From Stylophora pistillata (lineage: Eukaryota): 64,000 bases of DNA. This document shows, in pieces, positions 1 through 14,200 of this stretch. The stretch covers positions 10,226-74,225 of the forward strand of contig NW_019218148.1 of assembly GCF_002571385.2 (NCBI RefSeq). The letters are read 5' to 3'. The number at the start of each line of letters is the position of its first letter. Position 1 is the first letter of the stretch. The notes under the pieces are model-generated. The model made no database searches. It saw nothing but the letters and a program-made list of their open reading frames with translations, and had not been told where the DNA came from. The position numbers and the translations under genes are program-made.

Positions 1-90
1 TAGCGCCTTGTCACATGTTTCATTATATTGATTGGTTGTTGTGCCGGATAACTTTGCTTTTGGTTTTACGACACTCCATGGATAACTTAC

Positions 91-3000
91 AACCACAAAA
101 GCAGGAAAAGAGCTGGAGGACAGCTGGACACAAGGAGCAGTGTGCGCCAGTCTCTGATGTAATAGGCCATTAGAGCAATAGCACCAGATCCAGCCGCCCA
201 AAAGAACCCTGAACACTTTGAAGACATGGTGCGGAAGGTTGGACCAACAAGCTCCAGGATGTACACATAATGAGCCACGAAAAAACCCGTCAGACAGGCT
301 CCTGTACAAAATCGGAGGACAGCGAAAAGGACCAAGGATTTAGCAAAGCTGGCACCCAGGCTGAATAGTGTCTGAAGTAAAATAAACATGTAGTATGAAC
401 AGTTGTTTATAGTCAGAATTACCTCACATTGTGGAGAAAAGTTAAAGAATGACAAAGAAAGGTAAAAGATCACATATTGATTTAAGGCAGTCTCAACTGA
501 TAAGTCAAAAAGAATGAAAAACTTTCTGTTCATTCATTTTCAAGTGGATCCAGTCTTCGTCTAAAAAGGAGACAAAGATGTAACAGTATCTGATTGTGCG
601 ATTACATAATGCGACAATTTCTATGTCACGCGTTGTTTACATGACGTGAATCGTCACGTGCAGTATTTTTCTCGCCATTTGTTTTATGTATTACTGTGGT
701 CTAAAATAAATGGTTGAGTTAAAACAACACAACACTTTACAAAAGACATTTTCTCGAGTTTGTCGCAAGATTAAGTTCACTTACGGATTGTCCATTCATC
801 AACTCACTCTTTCCAAAGCTTTACTTTATCGCCTCTTTTTTGACGGTTGTGATCAACACTCATTTCCATGCTATCATCAAAAATATTCACCACAACGGAT
901 AACCTGATCTGTGGATTCAGTTAGTAAACAGGAAAACTGTTGTGGAAAATGGGACAGGATAGAGCAGCAAAGTAAAAGAAAAGAGAAAGTTTAGAACGAG
1001 TCAAGTAAGTATTTATCAAGCACGCCATTTAATCCCTAACTTCAGGGAACAAGCTGTGGAAAAGGTAAATAAGTAATATATATATATATTTAAAACAAAT
1101 ATCTAAAACGTACCATTAGAATAGAACACAACAGCATACAAGACCGTCTTCCAAAGTTGTCAGAGACTGCTCCAAAGATAAATGATCCAACCAACATTCC
1201 TGCACCAAATGCTGCCTGTACATTAGCACCAATGAAAGCTCTATCCCAAATAAGGTTGTACTGCACATGGAGATGACAAAAAGAAAAAGGGTACATTGAC
1301 ATGGTCATTTTGGTTCATGCAATAATTATAGGTACAGTGTTAATCAAAAATATAATTAACAAAATTGACAGAGGTTTAGCATGGTTTGTATTCTTATTGA
1401 CAATGATATTCCTCAAAGCAGTCAAAATGTTGTGGACTCACAAGGTGCAGCCTGAACCAGAAAACCATTCACCCCTTAACTTGCAAGATCTGATTGTTAA
1501 TTCTTTCCTCTAACTACCAGACATTTCTTTGTAAATTAGTTCCCAGAATTTGGTCATAGATCAAGAAAACCTCTACCTGATAAGTTTGAGTATTCTCATT
1601 ACCTGTTTGCTGGATAATCTATGGGTATTAAAGGGAGAAGTTACATGATGATTTCTAGCGGGGCTCCCACGCGTGCTTTGCACGCGTGAGGCAGAGCCCC
1701 ATACCCATGGAATACAGTCAACCTCTTTTCGTTTGGTTGTCACTTGACTGACCGAGCATACGTACACACTTGCCTTCAGATTGCATGGGTAGGGTAGGGG
1801 AGACTAATTCAAAACAAAGGGGGGTGTCTCAGGCGAGTTTTAGCACATGCACATCTTTTATGTTATCATTCATATTACAAAATTGGGAGCTGAGCTTTTA
1901 GGCTTGGCTGAATCTATATATTAGGAGTTAAGGGTCAGTGTAATGTGCCCTGTATCCTCTTAGCCATTAGCTAACAACTAGGAGAATCAAAGAAAAATAC
2001 CTCAGTAACTGTGCTGTTGTAGGCATAAGGTCCAATAAATGCATATTTTGTACAGTTTTTGCAACATTTGTTTACTTCACACACCACATTTGGTGTTGCA
2101 CATTGAAACTTTGGTGTTCCTGTGATAAACGGCACCCCAGCTGTGTGCAGTCCACTCGGTATAAGGACAAAAAAACATGACAGGAAGTAAATGGCTCTTT
2201 GCCAGGGCCCAAATTCACCAATATGCTTCAAAATGTCATCAAACTGCACAGAGTCACTTTCATTCTGTTGCACCTCACTAGGATAAAGAAAGAAAAAGTT
2301 TCCATTATTCATGGCGCAAATAAACATACCATTCTACGCACCCCTGATACTGAGGAACATAACACAACAAATTCAAAGTTGGTGAATGATCATATAAGGA
2401 CAAAAGTTAATGCTACCCACTCTGAACACAAGTCAACTTCAGGAGGTTGACTTTTTACACCCTAACATCAGCATACAATTATTCTCCATAGTATTCTCTA
2501 TACATTTTCTTACCTGTTGACAAGGAGAATTTATTTAACAATCAAAAACTTCTTTAATTGATCATCATTTCCTTTAACTGATTTGATTCGGGCAGGATAT
2601 TGTAAGGAGAAATTACATACTAGTCATATAAATATTGTGTATAAAAGTTATCTAATTATTTTAAAGATGAAGAGGATGTTACATGGCTGCATGTAAATAT
2701 GAATATTATGCAAGCATTGATAATATCTTACAAGAGAGTGAAGTAAAATAATGGTTGATGTCAAATTTTCATACAAAGTAAAGTATTTGTATTTAAAAAT
2801 GCCTATATAATGTTTTGTATGTCATCTACATATCAATGAATTTTACTACAAAATGAAATTCAGTCTCCATCTCCATTCTTCATACACTGAGTATTTTTAA
2901 TAACCATAATGGAACAAAATTCAATATTTCGTTTTAAAATAAGAGTGATTTTATTTCACTTTAGATTGCTCTGAATTTTGGATAATTTGCATCACCCTAA

Positions 3001-3963
3001 CACAATATAAGTTTCTTTCACCACATAATCTTACGTAATCTTTTTTCATTGCGCCGCAGAAGGTCTGAATACAGTTACAAAACAAACAGAACAACCGCAT
3101 AGTTTGTGTTTAGTTAACAGAAACACTGATCTACATCACAGAGAAATGAAATTTCTTTTTTAAAGCACGAGCGTTTTATTCGATGAGTTGCTAAGATAGA
3201 GCGGTGTTCCTAGAGTTGTATTCAAATTGCCCACGATCGCGAAACGCCTTCTATTTGACATAAAAAATTCGCGACTGTCTTCTGTCAGTGCCACAAGCTA
3301 GCATGAAATTTGAAGCATTTGATACTGGTATTTTTCCTTCGAAAGTTCATCGCCATAAATTGCGTGAGAAACGTTACGTACTGCATCATTGCGTGACCTG
3401 ACAATGCGTACATCCACAGATTTCATCAAGTTCTTTATTATTTGCGCCAAACCAAGCCGTTTTTGACCAATCTCACAAAAAAGAACCAACCAGAAAAATA
3501 ACTTACTGGCGTGTGCGGTATATCAGTGAGAATTCTTCATATACATATACCTTAAATAAAGATTGGCCCTCGTAGGTAAACTGCATGCTTCGCTGCCGAA
3601 CAAGTTATGTCACACCTAATTTCAGTTGCCAAAAATCTCATTTTCAGACTACAGTTGGACATGAGAAGCAAAAGTACACCCTAATTAGCTTTAAAATTTT
3701 AACCTCTTAGCTTACTTGGGGAATAAAATAAAACAAAAACTTATCAGCGTTATATTCGATCGAATTATCAGCCGCTGAGGAATCTCCCGTATTGTACAAA
3801 ACATGTCGAAGATTGCCTGCGAATGAGGTCTCAATTATGCAATCACTAACAACTTGAGGCACTTAAATTAGTACCTGTTAATGCTGGTATTTCCATACCT
3901 ATATACAAGTCCTTCTTGGCATCTCATTCTGTCTTCAGAATTTGGGATTTCCATGAGTTCCAT
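91..3963 (-). CDS. SLC22-family (organic cation transporter-like) MFS transporter, 5' part; continues beyond the left edge
   Basis: Exons ~3899-3963 (MELMEIPNSEDR..., phase-2 donor matching the next acceptor), ~2003-2278 (FDDILKHIGEFGPWQ), ~1113-1262 (YNLIWDR...SDNFGRR), ~91-373 (LRFCTG...ELVGPTFR...RDWRTL). These are typical SLC22 motifs. Confidence 0.88.
2452..2625. repeat. Short interspersed repeat family; further copies at ~28750-28890, ~40075-40265 and ~41965-42175
   Basis: Shared CCCTAACATCAG...ATTCTCCATA...ACAAGGAGAATTT...TGATCATTTCCTTTA sequence in both orientations. Confidence 0.7.
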
Positions 3964-5268
3964 GGAAGCCAGTTATGTAATGCATATTATAATCAGCGGT
4001 AAACAGCATAGCTGAAATACTGTTCTGTAGACTAGGAACCAGATCCCTTAGGGCGACTTTCAATTTTTAAGAACGGACGCTTAGCTTATTCTTCCCTTCT
4101 TTTTAGATCTGATGTCGACTTTGAATATGTCAAATCCTTAAGACAGCGTTGTTTTTCCCAAGGATTATTTAACGATACTTTACCAAGTTGACAATATTGT
4201 GTTCGACATATCCTCTTTAATTAGTTTCCATTAGTCAGGATTAAAATGGTACTTGACCTTTTCGCCAGCAAGACCAGTTAGAAAAACAGGTAACATACGA
4301 GGAACACTTCAAAGATTCTCGTTCAATTTAACTCGGTTTTGGTGAATTTAACAGGTAAGTTGGCATGAAATAGAGCGCTAGAGTTGTATGAGTATCAAAT
4401 TGTAAAGACCAAGGACTTTTGGCAAGAGTAAGTGTGCCGGTGTGAATTATATTCCTCCCTTAAGACTATAGAGATTATTTTCATAGACTTGGCAATCTTT
4501 TTTTTAGGTTTTCGAACGCGGAAGGTATGAGGTCATTGAAGAAATTTTGCCTCGCTTTTTCAGATGTGTAGTCACTTCCATACGCTCAGTCAAAGTCAGA
4601 GGAAGACATCTGAACCAAAAACGGAGAGGTAAGCAAAAAATGGCAATCTACGATAATTCAAGGTGACAAACGCTAATTTTATATCTAAATCTTCAGCACC
4701 TTTCATAAGATGAAGCTCTCACCAAGGGGAGTCCTTGTAACAAATCTCTGGATGCAGGTGGTGTAACATGATGTTATGGTTACAGGTCAAGTGAAAAAAC
4801 TGAAGTTGTTATATTTTGCTCTCTTGTCCTTTTAACGACTATAAACCTCTTTAAATATACCTATGTTAATCGTTTATACAACGAATGTTTCTTGTATCTG
4901 ACAAGGCCCGAAAATGATGCAACACTTTTAACCACATCGATATAACATGGTTGTTTAGGAGTGTTTTCACCAGGCTAAAGATAATAGAAAGAAGGAAACT
5001 TTGTCAATGTGTATGTCTTGTTAAACGAGCCAGTTTTGGATGTGAAAATAATATGTACATAAAGTTCAAGTAAATCCTTAAAAACGCGCTCCCCAGGAAG
5101 CGCAAATAGGTTCGTCTTTTCTTGGCGTGTAGCGTCACAAACGGCTGGCGCACAATTAAGAGGGGCCTTTTCGAAACAAGTATCAAAGTTGCCCCTCCAG
5201 TGAAAGTTGATTAACCTTCGAGTGTATTGTCTCTATAAGTAGGTTCAGTGACACCGAAGGATGAAATA

Positions 5269-8200
5269 ATGGATATATTACTGCCTCTGATGAGCTTGGT
5301 TTTTGCATTCGTGGCTGGCTCAACTTCTGGAAAGTCAACAAAACATCGACACTCGCCCATCAAGAAGTTTCTTTCCGGTAAAAGATCAGGTAAAGATCCT
5401 TAAGTAAAAATCTTTAAGTTCAAGAGGCTTAGACGCGGTGTTTTAAATGATTTTTTTGGTCTGAATCGAAGACTAGTCTTCAAATTAAGTGAGCAGTAAC
5501 AAATTTGGGTAAGAAGTGGAAAAATCATGTAATTCGTCTCAATCTCAATTGTTTGACCGAATTGTCCAAGTCCATTTTTCTGTATGGATATTTCTGCGTC
5601 TTAAGTTACTCTTCTTTGTACTGTTGGGGCCAGGCTGTTGCGATTCATCAGTCAATAGGCCATTTTACAGTTCTACGCTTGGTTGCCAAGCCTTTGATTT
5701 GGAGTGAGGCTGAAGGTGACCTTGTCGTTATAGAGACTAGTATTTAGTTAGCATGATAACAAAGTAATTTAACGGTACATTTGAAAAGCGGCAACGTCTG
5801 TATCACAACAAAGTCAACCTTAGCCTCACTCTTGTTCAAAGGCTTGGCAACCAAGCATGCAACTGTAAAATGGACTATTATTGTATGGAAGAGTTTTTTT
5901 TACTGTTTTTTCATTAATGTTCTTGATGAAAATACTTGAGCTAGCCTGTATAAAATATATCAAAGTCGAGGAAATCTTACTCACTGCCTTATCAGATCTC
6001 TTGAGGTTTATCACTTTCCTTTTTTCTACTCAGATCTCCCATGGTGGAACATTCCTAACACAAGAGACCTGAAAAAAGCTCGAGCTGGTCGTCGCTCTCA
6101 AGGACCTTCGTATCCATTTTCAAACCAATATGCTGCATATGCCCCATCATTTGCCCCCTCCCCACCTTCCATATATCCCTCGGCATATCCTTCCCCGCCT
6201 TCCTTCTCTTACCCCCCACTGTCCTCATATCCTGCTCCTCCGCCGTACTACTACCCTCCTCCATCATATCCGTCCCCTGCATCCTACCCATCACCATACC
6301 CTTCTTCGTTACCAGGAAGCTCCTTACCAACCAACGCTCAGGCACAACAGTTGTCGTATTCCACATCTCAATCGAACGTGTATGCCAATGATCAATATCA
6401 GCAACAGCAGATTTCGTTTCCCTCCCAAGTGAACCCAGGTAAAGCTGCCTCTATGGGAAACTCAGCCGCTTACTTGATGATCTCGGGATCAAAAGAAAAA
6501 CCAAGTAATGACGCTAAAAAGCCCAAAGCCAAACCAACTCCTCCTGATAGAACAGAAAAGTTTGAAATCAAAGGACGATGTAAGGATTTTGTGCATATTC
6601 CTTTTTATTTAATCATTTTCTTATAAAGGAAAGTTCTACTCAAAATATACAAATATTTTGAACGAGAATGTTGTCTGCCCAACCTAAGCGACAGAGTCAA
6701 AAGTGAAGATATTGGGGGAAATTCATGAACCTTTTGATAGCTTTTGAATAATAATGGCAATAAAGAATCAAACAAAACGGAAAATATTGAAACATGCATA
6801 TGTCATTTTTGATGCAGTTTTTAAGAGCATCGGTTGTTGGGCAGATTCTACTAAAATTCGTGCAATGGACAGTTTAGAAGGAAGGAGTTCCCGGCTCAAA
6901 CAACCTTACAAGACAAGAGTGAATGCCCTGATGAAATGTGCGGAGGTAGCAGATGAACAAGACTTAAAGATATTTGGTCTTCAAAATGGTGGGCAGTGTT
7001 TTGGAGGAAAAAATGCAGAGAACACATACAGAAAGTATGGACAGAGCACAGAATGCGCAGGTAACCACGTTGTACTTTTTGAGGCGTCACGATGACATCA
7101 TATGGTACAGATTCGTCTTCATGCCAATTCCCACTTGGAATAATGTTGATTCCAGTTTTGCTTTATAGAATAAATCAAAGGCTCTTCTATAGCTACTTCA
7201 ACTTTTGATTGTTCTTACCAGGTGATGGCGAAGGAGGTCCATGGAGCAACGAAGTGTATAGGTAGGCTCTAAGAACAATTAGTTGAGGATAAATGGACAG
7301 CACTAAACTGAGATTAATTGTAACTATTGCACGGACTTTTGAAAAGTACCTCGGTAACGTGGTCCCCCTGATTAAATATCTTTCTTATCAAACATTGACT
7401 AGTTGACTAGATTTGAACTTCCTAAAATCTTTATTTTGTCATCTGCCATAATCTAAGGAGAAGACGCTAATTCTTGATTATTCGAATTGTTTCGTCTTGT
7501 CCCAACGAGTTCGGATAATGGAGAGTTCGACTGTACCATAAAGTACAGCATGAAAAGACGTTACCGTCATCTTTGTATTTCATGATTGGGATCCTCACTT
7601 TGATAAAAAATGCAGTACCCAGCTGCAAGAGCTGGAACTCGAACCTCACAGCTACGCTCCAACTTCTAGACCATTGGCAACGCTTCACATTCTCTTCATG
7701 TATTTGACTTTTTTAGCATTCAAGGACCGAACTTTTCTTCAAGTAACATTTTTAGTCGGCTCACATATAAGACTCTATGTCATATCTGTCACAGTTTCTT
7801 AGATGAAGACGACCAACCATTGGTAAAACCACCAAAGATAATGGACAACAACAATGGATCTACTAATGGCACAAGTACAGCCTGTCGTAACCCCTGTGTA
7901 AATAATGCAAATACAGTATGTCCCAACCGCTGTGCAAATAATTCTTCATCGTCATCTACAAATACTACATGCAGCATGCCGCCACCTGGCAGTGCTAGTG
8001 CTGGCCAAATCTGTGGCTGGGGATGTCCAATTCCAATTCCAGGTTGCAATGGTAGGGTTATAAGAATTGCGATTGCTAGTGTCAATAAACATTTCCATTA
8101 CTTTGCTCACACGAGGCACCAACCAATAACAACTCATCTGCCATTAGATCCATTCTATCCACAGAGAATAGGTAACGCACAAACATAACGTAAGCCTTAC

Positions 8201-11200
8201 ACACAAAAAGCATAAAGCTGCGCTCTTAAACTAAAGTCTATGATAAGCACAACTATCTGTCCAGTTTCATCCGCAGACAATAAAAGCTGACACATAAAAG
8301 TCAGCTTCTCCCGTGAACCGACGGACTGCTCCTTCGACATCAATGCGCTATTATCCTTTCATTTTTCAAAACTAAACCCGAACGTTTATCAAACTTTTCC
8401 GAAAAAAAAGACAACTGGAAGTAGACTCTAAAACCTCAATTTCATATAAGAGGCCGTGCAATGTCTCTCACAATTTCTTGAATGAGAATGTTCAACCACT
8501 GGTAGACCACCAAATTCAAAGGGGAACTAAAACAGCTACAAACACAGTTCTTTTTGCAATGCTCGTTTTTTTTTTTACTGTATTTCATATATTTTCACGA
8601 GGCTCCAAAATTCCCTTTCCTCTTGATATACCAATAATGTTTGCTTTTCTTGCAGTCACTGGAACTAATAGCACGCTGAATGGTGAGTCACAAAACCATT
8701 ATTGATCGATTATCGTAAAAATCTTATACGATGAAAGCAGTTTGAAAATGCTTGAACTAATAAGATCTTTTAAAATCAGCTTCGAATGTTAACCCCATGT
8801 GAAAGTAAACCATTGTTTATTGTATTTATCAAATATGACGGATTGGAAACCCCACGCCCAAGATCTATCGCAGTGAAGCTTATCCTTATATGCGTCGCTA
8901 ACCATGACAAAAAACTGAGTAATGATATTGTTACTTAAGGGACTGGAGCGCCAGCAAAAGTGAACCAGACCGCACCAGCTGGGTGTGGTACGGTAGGTGC
9001 TATTCCCTGCAAACCTTCCCCGGTTGTAGGGTGTGCCAGCATGGGAGGAGGAGGAAATCCCTGTCCACCTCAAGGTATGCCCATGGGAAACCCTACTTGT
9101 GGAGGGGGAGTTCCCATGGGAGGAGCTCCGTGTGGAAGTCATGGCATAACCATTGACAGTGGGTGTATACAGATTGGAGGGGCACCCTGCCCGGCACCAG
9201 CACAAGGAATGGCTCCTGGAGGCTGTATTGACATGGGAGCTGGGTGTGTGATTGAAGGGAAGCTTACTGAAGGATATCCTAACATTACTAACGCGACTGC
9301 TGGTGGGAACCCTTGTCACCCTTACGGGAATACTACAGGAGGGTGCGGCAGTGTTATCCCTAGTGGGGTTGGACCTAGCGGACCCAACGGCACAATACCG
9401 TCGAATGGTACCACACTTGGACAAATTAGTGGCAAGCCTCCCCCTAGTGCTCCAAGTGAGTAAAATGGATTCGTTTTCTTAACGTTTCTTTCTAATATCA
9501 AGGGTTTTCCTGTGAGTGTATAATCAAAATAAAGGATTTTTAAAGTGAAATATATTGGATCGGTCTAACACAAAGGTCTCCGAACCAACCAGGAAGCAAT
9601 GGTTAACAAAAACTAGACATAGCTATGGAACACTAGATTCCATCGTACCTTGAATCAAATTGGAAATGCATACGTAGCTAATTTACAAAATGGATTAAAT
9701 TTAAAATGAGAAAATCATGTAATTTGTTGATTGGTAAAGGAAATCTGCATCCACCAGCATCAATAACACATTTGGAAGGCGAACACCATAGTTCCATTCC
9801 TCTTTTTTTGTCGTAGAATGTAAAGCCAAGGCTGACCTCGGATTTATTATCGATGGATCAGGGAGTATAGAAAAAAATGGACCAGGGACGTTTAAAAAAG
9901 TCTTGAGCTTTGTCAAAGATCTTACCCGAAGTTTTGATGTCTCCAAGGAAGGAACACATGTTGGTGTCATTGTATACAGCGATGAACCAAAGGTTGGATC
10001 TCTTGTTGGTACCCCTCATTTAGCTCGTCAGTTTTAAGAGTTGTCTTAAGTTTTTGACTCACTACCCATAGTGCTCTATTTCCCTGGTCAAGATGTTATG
10101 AAGACTTGGCTTTCAATATATGAAAACGAGTTAATTTACCCTGAAGCTCAATATCCCGTTATTGCCACTCACCCGCTGTTCTACATAACAGTCGATCTCT
10201 GCCTCATTAGATCCTAGTATCCCTACCTATCCCATCTGGATTTACCTCATGATTTATCGGTAAGGATCTATACCCCAGGGTCAAGGGAAACCCCGAGAAA
10301 ATGGGAAGTTTTACTAAAGAACATAACAAAATAACTGGAGAAGAGTCCAATGTACTTAGTACAAGGCCCCCTAGGTCTCGAGAATCGAATAAAACGTTTT
10401 CTCCGACGAATGGCCAGTGCTCGAAACGTCAGCTTCATAAACGCTTTATATACAGAAACCAATGACATTATAAACTCAGATGATTCAAACAAATTATCTT
10501 GAAATCATAATTTGCTAAGAAAGAAAACACTAAGGTGAATCACCAAGAAGGAAGCGTAGTTTGAGATGGAAAATAGTTTGATCGTGGTCTAAATATCAAA
10601 ATACCAATTACAAATGACAGACTTGACTTTTTATTCGCAACGTTTGCAGGTTGTGTCGGGATTCGACCAGCATTACAACCAATCTGAGGTGATTGCAGCA
10701 ATTGAAGGGATCCAGTATCCAAACGGAGGGACAAATACTGGAAAAGCTCTCTTGAAAGCCAAAGAGGCTTTATTTGCTGCTAGTGCACGGTCCGGGGTCC
10801 CCAACATAGCTTGTGTGTTAACAGACGGGAAGTCAAAAGATAACATTGGAGCTCCCGCTCAGAAGCTGAGAGAGTCAGGTGTCACTGTTATTAGTATAGG
10901 AATGGGTACAGACTATGATCTTGAACAGCTACGAGAGATAGCTACCGACCCAGACTCACAGCACATGTTTAAAGCAGAATTTAACTCGCTGTGGTCCCTG
11001 GTAGACTCTATCGTAGACACTGGGTGTAAGGGTAAGTATTCTATTTTCTTAGCTTCCTTTGTGGTAATAATTTTTTATAAGAATTGAAATGAGCTTTTGA
11101 TCCTAATCAACCCTCAGTGTCCATTGAAACACTTTTTCTTTCCAGTATCATTTGTGACCTTCCTGAAGTGCTGGTCTGCAAGATTTCTTATACGCCTACA

Positions 11201-14200
11201 CTGATTTGAGCCTTTTGGCTTAAACCGAAGTTTTTTAAGCTGATAAATTTAATTTTGAAACACTTTTTTCCCCTTGATTTACCCAAAATCTTTTCTTTTA
11301 TAAAACATTTCAAAAGGTTTTGTGTTTGTTCATTCTACTCTATGTTTTGGTGATCCAGCTTTTTAAATTATATTTTTTTTACATACGAGAGTTCATCGTT
11401 AGTTTTTATCGTTTTTAGAAGAAATGATAACTTTTAATTTTATTCTTTCTAAAACCGGACAATTTATTTTATCCCGTAGCTGCTGGTGGAACAATTCAAT
11501 TACCACGTAAGTTTTAGCACCATTACAAATCGAAAACTACTTTGGCGTATTTGGTTTACGAGCGACTTCTACCATTGAATAGGAAAACGGTGTTGCCACA
11601 GCTTTGACAAGTCTTCTTCTAAACGATAAAATGATGTTTCCAGATCTCCACCGAAAAATCATCGAGTTACAACATTCGACAGACATTATGGAAGAAATGC
11701 CACGAACGTCGACTGACACTTAAAACGAGAACTGTGGTCAGGCGGCCAATGAAAAGAATGCACATTGTTGCTTAAGTCATACTTAACTATCGCGACAACC
11801 ATTTTGTCTCAATCATAAAATGGGATTTTCATAAATTATCTTATTGGTTTAATCTGATCCTGAAGAAAATTTCTTGACTGAATTGAGAAATCCTGCTTAG
11901 TGGAAAATTTTGTGTACAGTCCATGTGCCATGGAACTATCAAGTCGGACAATGCACCTTTGCACCCTTTATACCAAGAGCTCTACCCCTTTTTACTGACG
12001 ATATTGACAAACTACTTTTCTACAGCACCCCAAAGCATTATCAAGGGCAGTCCGCCTCCTGCTGTGGAAACAAGTAAGTGAATCAATTACTACAACCTAC
12101 GGTATCTAGCTCCAAAATCCATTCTACACCCGTAAGTTTCGTTTTCTTCTGCCACAAACTATGGTGTCAGGTTGAATATTGTATGGTATAACATGATATA
12201 TTATTGGTTTCAATAGATCCCCGGCCTCCGTTAATTTCAGTGAATCTCATCTTTTCATAAATATCATCACTCAATGATGCTTTTCCTTCTTTGTCATTAG
12301 TGAAGAGCCTACCGCGTGACGTTAAACATGTAGATGACCACCTCAGACTATTGGTCTGCTCAATACTGCCGCATGTCGAGCAGATCTGCAATTAATGGCA
12401 AAAGCCGAGGCCTCAGGCAGATTTTCTCTCACTAGTAAATCCCCACATTTACTCAAAATAGCCTATAAGCCTTTTGAATTTTCTGTTTTCTTCCACAAGA
12501 GTGCCAGGCTAAAGTAGACATAGCGTTCCTGTTGGACGGCTCTGGAAGTATTGATTTCCAACAACCTGGGAATTTTAAAAAGTGCCTGGGATTCCTCAAA
12601 AACTTCGTTCTATCCTTCAACATTGCCAAAGATGGCACTCATGTAGGAGTGGTACTTTTTTCGAAAACAGCTGAGGTCATGTTCAATTTCGAGAAATATC
12701 TTGATTCAAAGTCAATGGTGGAGGCAATCGACAAGATTCCATATCCGGCCAAAAGTACTTACACTGGAATAGGCCTCGATCTGGTGCGCACGGGACTGTT
12801 TGAAAACAGTGCCAGGCAAGGAGTCAGGGACATCCTTATTGTTATGACTGATGGAGCATCTCAGGTCAAAATTTTTTATAATAACAATTTCTTTAAAATA
12901 ATTATGTTTCTGAACTCGCAGCACCCCCAAAAAAGCACAAGTTAGCGTCTTGAAAACAATGCCTCCTAGTTTGATGTAAGTCAGTTGGTAAGGCGCTTCC
13001 CAATAACCCATCCTGTCATTGAAGCTGTTTGAGTTGTCCTCGTGTAAAATTCCTTCTTGAGAAAGAAATATTTTATACATTTTTCACAATATTGAGAATA
13101 ATCTGACCCCTTCACAAAAGTCAAGCCTTACTGTCAGAATCTGTACTTCTTAGTCCTATTCTTTTCCCATCTCTTTTTTTTCTCTCTTTGTTTTCTTCGT
13201 TCTCTTTGTTTTCGTGTTCACTGATTTGAACCATGGCACAGATTAATAATTTTGTCAAATTTTACCAACAGGACTCTATCGAGGATCCCTCAAAGAAGCT
13301 CCGTGACATGGGAGTGACGATCTTTTGTTTTGGAGTTGGTACACAATACAAGAAGGACCAGTTGGATGAAATGGCAACCGACCCAGACTCTAAACATGTT
13401 TTAACAGGCGGTTTTGATGATCTTGATCAGATACTCCCGAAAATTAAAAAGATGGCGTGTGATGGTTAGTCTAATAGTCCTACAGTAGTTGTAATGACGA
13501 CTTCCACGTCGATTCCAGGATTTCTACTCACAGCACCTTTCAGTAACATGCGAACTCAATGATCGGATTTCAAGACAGGGCTTTTAGATACTCACTGCGC
13601 ACACTCACTGTAAGACATGTTGTGTTAAGTTCATTAATGTGTTCTCCCATAGGGGCAGGAGGATCCTTATCACAAATTCCTTCGAAAGGTAAATTTTCTA
13701 TTTTGTTTTTTAGTTAGAAATTTCATATGAAGTACCTTACAGGTGCCAGACATTTAATGCACAGTTACTGTATTTCCATTACTTTGTTTTAAACAGTTTC
13801 ATATTGCTTGCAATACGGTTTTGAAATTTTTTTTATGAGGTCGTGCTAGCGTGTATGCTACACATAAAGCAGGTAGTATTACAATTAGATATTATTGCAT
13901 GAAACATATTTTTGATTTAACATATTATGTTTTACATGACATTTTGAAGGATTTTATGAACGATAATTTTTCAGCAACCTCACGTTTTACGACACTGAAA
14001 AAAAAAACTGTACCGTTCACGCTTTACCATTTACTGTCTGGAGATACAGTTTTAATTTTAGGTTTAGCTCCATAAGACTGATGATAATTAAATCTGCATT
14101 TGTACAACTTGACCTTGTTGTAAACATCTTACATTGTTATCCCAATACGGCGATTTCTAATCACAGTACAGTACTTACAGTGCCAAGTGTAAAATATAGA

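Noticed and set aside
5285-5335. CTGATGAG resembling a hammerhead core
   Set aside because: No stem II closed by GAAA and no cleavage triplet; it lies in the signal-peptide exon.
6130-6432. His/Pro-rich 100-aa ORF
   Set aside because: Alternative frame of the Pro/Tyr exon; the splice phase at 6034 selects the other frame.
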